Of a stretch of 50,697 bases of DNA, positions 8,753 through 16,507 are shown piece by piece; positions within the stretch are counted from its first letter, which is position 1, and every line of letters begins with the position of its first letter. The DNA comes from Frateuria sp. Its GTDB lineage: Bacteria > Pseudomonadota > Gammaproteobacteria > Xanthomonadales > Rhodanobacteraceae. The notes beneath the pieces are model-generated. The model worked only from the letters and a program-made list of their open reading frames with translations. It had not been told where the DNA came from and did no database searches. A program made the translations under genes and the position numbers. The stretch spans positions 1 through 50,697 of the forward strand of contig NZ_JABFWW010000018.1 of assembly GCF_013362045.1 (NCBI RefSeq), read 5' to 3'.

Positions 8753-10327
8753 CTACCGGTCGGCGATGTTCGCCAGTTCGGGCAGCCATTGCGCGTACTG
8801 GCGCCAGCGCTCCAGCGAGCGCGTATGCACCGGCTGGCGTGCCTGCCACAGGCTGGCGGTGCTGATGGCGCGGTTGTCCATCGTGCCCGCGGCTGGCGCC
8901 GTCCCGGGCAGTCCGAGCCAGCCAGCCAGGGCGCCGACGGATCCCTCGATGTCCTGCACGAGGTCTTCGTACCGCACTTCGTACACGGCCTGGGGATAGC
9001 GGCGCTGCCAGTGCGCCATCAGGCGGCGCGAGCCACGGATGGCGGTGTCTATGTCGGTGAAGTCGAACGCGAAGTCCTGCGTGCCGGGGTGGAACGACTG
9101 CATCCACAGTGACAGCGCGTTGTCGCGGGCATCGCGGCGGCAGTGGATGATCCGCGCCTGCGGAAAGAGCGCGAGGATCAGGTCCACGTGCATGAAGTTG
9201 TGCGGCTGCTTGTCGATGTACCAGCGCGCCGGGGTATCGTCCTGGCGCAGCTGGGCGGCATACGTGGCCGCTGCCGCCTGCATGGCGGCGGCGCAGTCCT
9301 TGTCGGCCAGCAACGGCGCCAGTCGGGCTGCGAGCGTGGGCATCCATGGCAGTTCACCGCGATGGCGCACGTCGGGATAGCGTGCCAGCTGCTCGGCCAG
9401 CAGCGTGCTGCCGGCGCGTGGCATGCCCACGATGAACACGGGAACCCAGTCCGTCGGCGACGCCGGGAGCGGCGCCGGCATGACACGCTCGAGGCGCATC
9501 TCCACGCTGCGACGCCACAGTTTGCGCGGCCAGCGAACCTGCGCGCCGACCACGGCGTTGGCCTGGCGCAGGTAGCGGGCGGCCAGGTCGTATCGGCCGA
9601 TATCGTCATGCGCCTTGCCGAGCGCAAAAAGCAGGGAGCCGCGCGCGGCGGCACTGAGATCGCCGCGCTCGAGCAACGCGGCGAACCGGGCGAAGTCCGG
9701 ATGCTGTCCGTCGCGATAGCGCTGCAGGCCGGCAAGCCCCAGCGGCACGTGCCATTCCGGCGCGCGCGCATCGTGCGCCAGCGCAAACTCCTGGCGTTCG
9801 CGGGCACGCTCGAACTGCCCCAGCTGTGCCGCCAGGGCGCCGGCATGGGCGTAAAGGCGCGGATCGCCTGCGCCGGCCGCGATCGCCGCTTCGCAGAGGC
9901 TCGCCGCTTCTGCCTGGCGGCCGCAATCGTCGAGCAGCTCGATGGCGTCGAGGCGCTGCTCGAGATCCGGATGCGCGTTGCGGAACAGCGAGAGCAGCGC
10001 ATGGGCAACCGCCGTCATGCGGCCCTGCTCGCGCAGCAGCCGGGCCAGCAGGAAGCTGGCCGCGGCGTGGTCCGGCGATCGTGCCAGCAGCGCTTCCAGC
10101 AAGGCCTCCGCTTCGGCGGCTCGGCCCGACTGCAGCGAGGCGCCGGCCAGCGCCAGCATCAGCTCCGGCGACTGCGGCAATGCCGCCAAGCCTTCCTCCA
10201 GCACGCTCCGCGCACCCTGCATGTCACCGCACAGCATCCGCTCCTGCGCGCGTTGCAGCCACTGCTGCTCCTGGGCGGCCGGGGAGGCTGCCTGCGCAAC
10301 GGAGGGGGGGGAAGCTGGGCGGGACAT
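8753..10327 (-). CDS. TPR-containing sulfotransferase 2
   Basis: TPR repeats; VFIVGMPRAGSTL, DKQP, RRDARDNALS, RYEDLV, STASLWQARQP; start trimmed to ATG 10327. Confidence 0.88.
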   Translation of the reverse strand: MSRPASPPSVAQAASPAAQEQQWLQRAQERMLCGDMQGARSVLEEGLAALPQSPELMLALAGASLQSGRAAEAEALLEALLARSPDHAAASFLLARLLREQGRMTAVAHALLSLFRNAHPDLEQRLDAIELLDDCGRQAEAASLCEAAIAAGAGDPRLYAHAGALAAQLGQFERARERQEFALAHDARAPEWHVPLGLAGLQRYRDGQHPDFARFAALLERGDLSAAARGSLLFALGKAHDDIGRYDLAARYLRQANAVVGAQVRWPRKLWRRSVEMRLERVMPAPLPASPTDWVPVFIVGMPRAGSTLLAEQLARYPDVRHRGELPWMPTLAARLAPLLADKDCAAAMQAAAATYAAQLRQDDTPARWYIDKQPHNFMHVDLILALFPQARIIHCRRDARDNALSLWMQSFHPGTQDFAFDFTDIDTAIRGSRRLMAHWQRRYPQAVYEVRYEDLVQDIEGSVGALAGWLGLPGTAPAAGTMDNRAISTASLWQARQPVHTRSLERWRQYAQWLPELANIADR

Positions 10328-10349
10328 CTGGATCCGTGTCGAGTGGTTT

Positions 10350-11927
10350 TCACCCGTGCCACAACGGCAGGCCCAAGGCCTGGCGCAATGGATCGAGCAG
10401 GGCGCCGTAGCGTGTGCTGTGCACGGTGCTGGCGCGCAGCGGCTCGCGCACCTGGGTCGCGCTGGGCGAACGCACCTCGCGGGCGTTCTCGTGGAAGCGC
10501 AGGCAGCCCGCTTCGAACGCCAGGCCGCAGAAGTCGAGCAGCGAGCGGACCTGCGACTCTGGATCGGCCAGCAGGGCCTCGTGGTCGTGCAGAAGCACCG
10601 CATCGGGATAGCAGGCTGCCAGGCGCCGCAGGCTACGGTCGCAGTCGCGCCAGAAGCTGGCGAGGTCGCCGAAGTCGCGGCTGTATTCGTTGTTGTCCAG
10701 CCGCTGGCGATAGCATGAAAGGCAGGTTTCCAGCGGATCGCGCCGGCAACCGACGATGCGCGCTCCGGGCAGCATGGCCCGAATGGCGTCGGCATAGAGC
10801 CAGTTGCTCGGCAGCTTGTCGGTGAAGCGGGGACGCTCCTTGCGCCAGTGGGCGGTGCGTTCGAGGTAGCGCCGGCCCAGCCGCTCCCAATCCGCCGGCA
10901 GCATCGCCGCCACCCAGCGCGGGAACGGCTGCCCGCGACGGCGCGATTCCTCCGCCAGCACCTGCGGCAGGTCGGGCAGTTCGCCGGAGCCTTCCACCTG
11001 GCTGTGCGATGCAAGGATCTGTTCGGTCAGCGTGGATCCCGAACGGGGCAGGCCGACGATGAAGATCACCTCGTGCCCCAGGGCGGCGTCGGGTGCCGGA
11101 GCGGGCGGCGGACTGAACGCGGCGGCGAGCATGTCGATCGCTGTGGAATAACCCGGCGCGTTCCATCGCTGGCGCCGCCGCGCCAGCGCATTGGCCCGTG
11201 CCAGCGCCTGCAGCGATTCGTCGTAGCGGCCCTGGTCGTCCATCGCCTTTGCCAGGGCGAAGCCGATGGCGATGCGGTCGTCGTCGTTCCCGCGTGGATC
11301 GCGCAGCGCAGCGTGCATGGCGGCGATGTCGCTTTCGTCCATGCGCGAGGTCTTCAGGTCGGCCAGGCCCCACCAGGCCATGCCGGACCACGGCTGTTCG
11401 GCGAGCACGCGACGGTATTCGGCGGCCGCCTCGGCCACCCGGCCGCGCATGCGCAGCATGTCGGCCAGCAGGGCGCGCGCCTCCATGTGGCCGGGCTCGA
11501 TCGCCACCGAACGCTGCAGGGCATCGGCTGCCTCCTCGTTGCGCACGCAGCGGGTCAGCATCACGCCCAGGTTGTACCAGCCGATGGCAAGGTCCGGTTG
11601 CAGTTCGCAGGCGCGCCGCAGCGCTGCGACTGCACCGTCGTAATCGCCGGCCTGGCCAAGCAGGGTGCCGAAGGTGTTGTGATAGGCCGGGTCGTCCGGA
11701 CGCAGGGCGAGTGCGCGGCGCATCAGCTCGAGCGCCTCGCCGTGGCGGCCGTGCTGCCCCAGCGCGCCGGCATGCATGCGCAGCACTTCCGGGTGCATCG
11801 GATGGGCCGCAAGCGCGGGTGCGAGCTGGCCGATGGCTTCGTCCGGGCGACCCGCGTCCAGCGCGCGAGCTGCCGCCGCGACGCCTTGCGCCGCGCGCTC
11901 GCTCAATCCATCCAGCCGCTGCGCCAT
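10350..11927 (-). CDS. TPR-containing sulfotransferase 3
   Basis: Clear TPRs (YHNTFGTLL, WYNLGVML); IFIVGLPRSGSTLTEQILASHS, DKLP, RRDPLETCLS, SPSATQVREP; start ATG 11927. Confidence 0.9.
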   Translation of the reverse strand: MAQRLDGLSERAAQGVAAAARALDAGRPDEAIGQLAPALAAHPMHPEVLRMHAGALGQHGRHGEALELMRRALALRPDDPAYHNTFGTLLGQAGDYDGAVAALRRACELQPDLAIGWYNLGVMLTRCVRNEEAADALQRSVAIEPGHMEARALLADMLRMRGRVAEAAAEYRRVLAEQPWSGMAWWGLADLKTSRMDESDIAAMHAALRDPRGNDDDRIAIGFALAKAMDDQGRYDESLQALARANALARRRQRWNAPGYSTAIDMLAAAFSPPPAPAPDAALGHEVIFIVGLPRSGSTLTEQILASHSQVEGSGELPDLPQVLAEESRRRGQPFPRWVAAMLPADWERLGRRYLERTAHWRKERPRFTDKLPSNWLYADAIRAMLPGARIVGCRRDPLETCLSCYRQRLDNNEYSRDFGDLASFWRDCDRSLRRLAACYPDAVLLHDHEALLADPESQVRSLLDFCGLAFEAGCLRFHENAREVRSPSATQVREPLRASTVHSTRYGALLDPLRQALGLPLWHG

Positions 11928-12056
11928 CGGTGTTCCCGGTTTCGGTGTGCTCGGACCAGGCCTGCGTGCGCGGGCGCGATCCCTTGCGAGGTCATTCTTT
12001 CGACAGCGTATTATGCCCACGCAAGGGGCGGGGGCCCCAATGTAGGGGGCGATTCC

Positions 12057-13388
12057 GTGGAGCGCGTTGCAACGAGTGGACCGGACAAGCGCGCTGAGCT
12101 CTGCCGGGAGCATGCCCGCGCCCAATTGCAACGCGGCGACCTGGCACAGGCCGAGCAGGCGTTCCAGCAGCTGCTCGCGCTGCTGCCGGCGGATGTCGAG
12201 GCACTGTGCTTCGTGGCCGACCGCCAGCTTGCCCGTGACCAGCATGCGTTGGCGCTGGACACCCTGCAGGCCGCGCTGCAGGCCAACCCGGACAGCGCCC
12301 CGCTCCTGCACCAGCTGGGCGCGACCCAATTGGCCGCCGGCGCCTTCGCCGCTGCGGCGTTGAGCCTGCGCGGGTGCCTGCGGCAGCAGCCGCGGGCGTT
12401 CCTTGCCCGGCTGCGCCTGGGCATTGCGCTGGAACAACTGCAGCAGCCGAAGGAAGCGTTGCTCGCCTACTACGGAGCAATCCGCCAGGCGCAGCTGCAA
12501 GGGCGCTGGCTCAATGACGCGACGACCGCCCCGGCGCTGCGCGAGGTCGTGCAATACGCCATGCGCTACGTCAACGACGGGCGGGCCCGGCTGTTCAGCG
12601 AACTGCTCGAGCCGCTGCGCCAGCGCCATGGCGCTTCCGAGCTGGTCCGGGTCGAACATTGCCTGGCGGTGCATCTGGGACAGCAGGCACTCGAGTTTCC
12701 CGATGCGCGCCAGCAGCCGAAGTTCCTCTACTTTCCCGGCGTGCCCAGCCAGCCGTTCTATCCGCACGAGCGCTTTCCATGGCTGGAGACGCTGGAAGCG
12801 GCGACCGCCACGGTGCGCGCGGAACTGCGTGCGGTGCTGGAGCAGGCTTCGCTGGAAGCGTTCCTGGGCGAGCCGGACAGTGCCGCGACGACCAGCATGC
12901 TGCGCGGCGAATCCGGTCGGGCGGCCGCGTGGGATGCGTATTTCTTCCATCGCCACGGCAAGCACTACGACGATCACCGTGCGCGCTGTCCGCAGACCAC
13001 CCGCCTGCTCGATGCGCTGCCGCTGGTGCACATCCGCGACCACGCGCCCGAGGCGCTGTTCTCCGTACTGCGCCCCGGCACGCACATCCTGCCGCACCGC
13101 GGCGTGACCAACACGCGGCTGGTCACCCACCTGCCGCTGATAGTGCCGCGCGACTGCGCCCTGCGCGTCGGCGGCGAGATCCACGAATGGCAGGAAGGCC
13201 GTTGCGTGACGTTCGACGACACCTTCGAGCACGAAGCCTGGAACCGCAGCGACCAGACCCGCGTGGTGCTGATTCTGGACAGCTGGAATCCGGACCTTAC
13301 CGAAGTCGAGCGCCTGGCGGTCACTGCGCTGGTGGAAGCCATCGGGGATTTCAATCAGGCCTGCGACGAGACGCCCGCGGACGCCTGA
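12057..13388 (+). CDS. TPR-fused aspartyl/asparaginyl beta-hydroxylase family Fe(II)/2OG oxygenase
   Basis: GTG start after AGGGGG; TPR N-terminus; FSVLRPGTHILPHRGVTNTRLVTHLPL and FDDTFEHEAWN motifs. Confidence 0.9.
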   Translation: MERVATSGPDKRAELCREHARAQLQRGDLAQAEQAFQQLLALLPADVEALCFVADRQLARDQHALALDTLQAALQANPDSAPLLHQLGATQLAAGAFAAAALSLRGCLRQQPRAFLARLRLGIALEQLQQPKEALLAYYGAIRQAQLQGRWLNDATTAPALREVVQYAMRYVNDGRARLFSELLEPLRQRHGASELVRVEHCLAVHLGQQALEFPDARQQPKFLYFPGVPSQPFYPHERFPWLETLEAATATVRAELRAVLEQASLEAFLGEPDSAATTSMLRGESGRAAAWDAYFFHRHGKHYDDHRARCPQTTRLLDALPLVHIRDHAPEALFSVLRPGTHILPHRGVTNTRLVTHLPLIVPRDCALRVGGEIHEWQEGRCVTFDDTFEHEAWNRSDQTRVVLILDSWNPDLTEVERLAVTALVEAIGDFNQACDETPADA

Positions 13389-13589
13389 CGCCGCACGTCG
13401 CGAGCGGCATTCGTTGCGCGAGCGTCGCGCATCTTTCACCCGCGGATGACCGCCGCGCGGGCATCGTGGACCGCGGCCTTCCGCAGCACCAGTCGATGCG
13501 CCGCGCCGCCTGACGTCGGTCCGTGGGTTCGCGCATACGTCGCGAAGCAACTTCGCCCTGGGTGTCGCGCCGCCTGAGGAGCGATCAGC

Positions 13590-15380
13590 ATGAGCGAAAC
13601 CGTCGGCGACTTCATCCTGCAGCGCCTCACCGACTGGGGCATCCGGCGCGTGTTCGGTTATCCGGGCGACGGCATCAACGGGATCATGGGCGCGATGGGC
13701 CGTGCGGCCGACCGCTTCGACTACGTGCGCGTACGCCATGAGGAGATGGCGGCGTTCATGGCCGGCGGGCATGCCAAGTTCACCGGGCAGATCGGCGTGT
13801 GCTTCGCCACCTCCGGGCCAGGCGCGATCCACCTGCTCAACGGCCTGTACGACGCCAAGATGGACCACATGCCGGTGCTGGCGATCGTGGGCCAGCAGGC
13901 GCGCACCGCGCTGGGCGCCGACTACCAGCAGGAGGTGGACCTGCAGACCCTGTTCAAGGACGTCTGCGGCTATGTCGAGACCATCGTCGCCGCCGCCCAG
14001 GCGCGCCACGTGATCGACCGCGCCGTGCGCATCGCCGCAGCCGAACGCACCGTCACCTGCGTGATCGTGCCCAACGATCTGCAGGAAATGCCCGCGGTGC
14101 CCAGTCCGCCGCGCAAGCATGGCGACGTCTATTCCGGCGTGGGCTATGCGAACCCGCACCCGGTGCCGGGCCAGGAAGACATCGAGCGCGCGGCGAAGAT
14201 CCTCAACGAGGGACGCAAGGTTGCGATCCTGATCGGCGCCGGCGCGATGGCGGCAGGCGAGCAGGTCAAGGCGGTCGCCAACCGGCTCGACGCGGGCGTG
14301 GCCAAGGCGCTGCTGGGCAAGGCCGCGCTGCCGGACGACCTGCCCTTCGTCACCGGTCCGATCGGGCTGCTCGGCACCAAGCCGAGCTGGGACATGATGA
14401 ACGACTGCGACACCCTGCTGATGGTGGGAACCACCTTCCCCTACTCGGAATTCCTGCCGCCGGACGGCCAGGCGCGCGCGGTGCAGATCGACATCGAGCC
14501 GCGCAACGTGTCGATGCGCTACCCCACCGAAGTCAACCTGATCGGCGACAGCGCCGAGGTGCTCGACCGCCTGCTGCCTCTGCTGCGCCCGAAGGAGAAC
14601 CCCGACTGGCGCGAACGCATCGAGCTCAACATCCGCAAGTGGTGGCGGGACCTGGAAGCCAAGGCCATGGAGCCGGCCAACCCGATCAATCCGCAGCGGA
14701 TCTTCTGGGAGCTTTCCCCGTGCCTGCCCGACCACGCGATCATCGCCGGCGACTGCGGCTCGCACACCAACTGGTACGCGCGCGACGTGCGCCTGCGCCA
14801 GGGCATGATGGCCTCGCTCTCGGGCAAGCTCGCCACCATGGGCAGCGGCATGCCCTATGCGATTGCCGCCAAGTTCGCCTACCCCGGGCGGCCGGTGCTG
14901 GCGATCGTCGGCGACGGCGCCATGCAGATGAACGGCAACGCCGAGCTGATCACCGTCAAGGAGTACTGGAAGCGCTGGGAGAACCCCTGCTTCGTGGCGA
15001 TGGTGCTGCACAACGACGACTTGAACCAGGTGACCTGGGAGCAGCGCGCGCTGGCCGGCGATCCCAAGTTCACGGCAGCGCAGTACGTCGAGGACTTCAA
15101 CTACGCCAAGTATGGCGAGCTGCTCGGCTTCAAGGGCATCCGCGTGGACGACCCGGCGGACCTCGGCCACGCCTGGGAGGAAGCCTTCGCCGCCGACCGC
15201 CCGGTGGTGCTGGACATCATCGCCGACCCGGACGTGCCGCCGCTGCCGCCGCACATCAGCTGGGCGCAGGCCAAGGCGTACATGACCGCGCTGGCCAAGG
15301 TCGATCCGGACGAGGGCGGCATCATCAGGCAGAGCCTGCGCCAGGTGCTCGCGGGCATCCTGCCGCACGAGCAGCGATGA
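13590..15380 (+). CDS. Thiamine-diphosphate-requiring enzyme (pyruvate oxidase/PoxB-like family)
   Basis: GAGGAG RBS; FGYPGDGIN, VRHEEMAAF, TSGPGAIHLLNGLYDA, GDGAMQM...NDDLN ThDP motif. Confidence 0.9.
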   Translation: MSETVGDFILQRLTDWGIRRVFGYPGDGINGIMGAMGRAADRFDYVRVRHEEMAAFMAGGHAKFTGQIGVCFATSGPGAIHLLNGLYDAKMDHMPVLAIVGQQARTALGADYQQEVDLQTLFKDVCGYVETIVAAAQARHVIDRAVRIAAAERTVTCVIVPNDLQEMPAVPSPPRKHGDVYSGVGYANPHPVPGQEDIERAAKILNEGRKVAILIGAGAMAAGEQVKAVANRLDAGVAKALLGKAALPDDLPFVTGPIGLLGTKPSWDMMNDCDTLLMVGTTFPYSEFLPPDGQARAVQIDIEPRNVSMRYPTEVNLIGDSAEVLDRLLPLLRPKENPDWRERIELNIRKWWRDLEAKAMEPANPINPQRIFWELSPCLPDHAIIAGDCGSHTNWYARDVRLRQGMMASLSGKLATMGSGMPYAIAAKFAYPGRPVLAIVGDGAMQMNGNAELITVKEYWKRWENPCFVAMVLHNDDLNQVTWEQRALAGDPKFTAAQYVEDFNYAKYGELLGFKGIRVDDPADLGHAWEEAFAADRPVVLDIIADPDVPPLPPHISWAQAKAYMTALAKVDPDEGGIIRQSLRQVLAGILPHEQR

Positions 15381-16507
15381 CGGGCGAGCGGCCCGTGCCG
15401 GCCGGTCGCCGCATCGCGCGCATCGAGGCGGATGCCTACCGCATACCCACCGATGCGCCCGAGGCCGACGGCACCATCGCGTGGGACGCCACCACGCTGG
15501 TGCTCGCGCAGGTCTCCGCCGGCGGCCACACCGGGCTGGGCTACACCTACGCGCATGCCGCCGCAGCGGCGCTGATCATCGACCCGCTGCGCGACAACCT
15601 GCTCGGCCACGACGCCGACGACATTCCCGCCGCCTGGGCGAAGATGAACCGCAGCCTGCGCAACATCGGCCGCCCGGGCGTGGGCCTGATGGCGATCGCT
15701 GCAGTGGACGTCGCGCTGTGGGACCTCAAGGCGCGATTGCACGGCACCTCGGTGGTGCGCCTGCTCGGGCGCGTGCGCGAGGCGGTGCCGGTGTACGGCA
15801 GCGGCGGGTTCACCACTTACCCGGTCGAACGGCTGCAACGACAGCTGGCCGGCTGGGTGGAGCAGGGCATCGGGCGGGTCAAGATGAAGGTCGGCACGCA
15901 GCCGGCCGACGACGGCGCACGGGTGCGCGCCGCACGCGAGGCGATCGGCACCGCGCCCGAACTGATGGTCGACGCCAACGGCGCGTACGACCGCAAGCAG
16001 GCGCTGGCCTTCGCCACGCAATGGGCGGGCGAAGGCGTGGGCTGGTTCGAGGAGCCGGTGTCCTCCGACGACCTCGAAGGGCTCGCGCTGCTGCGCGACC
16101 GCATGCCGCCGGGCATGCAGGTGGCCGCCGGCGAATACGGCTGGGACGACTGGTACTTCCGGCGGATGCTGCAGGCCGGGGCGGTCGACGTGCTGCAGAT
16201 CGACGGCACCCGTTGCGGCGGCTTCACCGGTTTCCTGCAGGCCGCCTCGATCGCGCACGGCTTCGGCGTGCCGGTGTCGGCCCACTGCGCACCGCACCTG
16301 CACGCGCACGTCTGCAGCGCGGTGGGACACCTGAAGCACGTGGAGTATTTCCACGACCACGCGCGCATCGAGGCCATGTTCTTCGACGGCCTGCCGCCGC
16401 TGCGCAACGGCGCGCTGGTGGCCGATGCGGACGCGCCGGGGTTGGGGCTGGCCCTCAGACAACGTGACGTGGAGCGTTACCGCGTCGCCGCACCGGAGCT
16501 CCCATGA
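15377..16507 (+). CDS. Enolase superfamily, mandelate racemase subgroup protein
   Basis: ATGA overlap with upstream stop; DVALWDL, KMK, MVDAN, WFEEP, AAGE, QID, SAH motifs. Confidence 0.9.
   Translation: MTGERPVPAGRRIARIEADAYRIPTDAPEADGTIAWDATTLVLAQVSAGGHTGLGYTYAHAAAAALIIDPLRDNLLGHDADDIPAAWAKMNRSLRNIGRPGVGLMAIAAVDVALWDLKARLHGTSVVRLLGRVREAVPVYGSGGFTTYPVERLQRQLAGWVEQGIGRVKMKVGTQPADDGARVRAAREAIGTAPELMVDANGAYDRKQALAFATQWAGEGVGWFEEPVSSDDLEGLALLRDRMPPGMQVAAGEYGWDDWYFRRMLQAGAVDVLQIDGTRCGGFTGFLQAASIAHGFGVPVSAHCAPHLHAHVCSAVGHLKHVEYFHDHARIEAMFFDGLPPLRNGALVADADAPGLGLALRQRDVERYRVAAPELP

Noticed and set aside
3888-13388. Recent horizontal acquisition of the sulfotransferase module
   Set aside because: No integrase, tRNA, flanking direct repeats or obvious compositional break by eye. 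Codon usage looks native.
13446-13577. 43-aa ORF (MTAARASW...) after the hydroxylase as a possible RiPP precursor
   Set aside because: No RBS, shadow-like Ala/Arg composition, and no acidic Tyr or Asp/Asn-rich core. The other intergenic gaps of the module also gave no credible precursor.
10350-15368. 1672-aa ORF suggesting a giant sulfotransferase fusion
   Set aside because: Only the last 525 aa (from ATG 11927) are TPR-sulfotransferase. The rest is antisense to the hydroxylase and ThDP genes.
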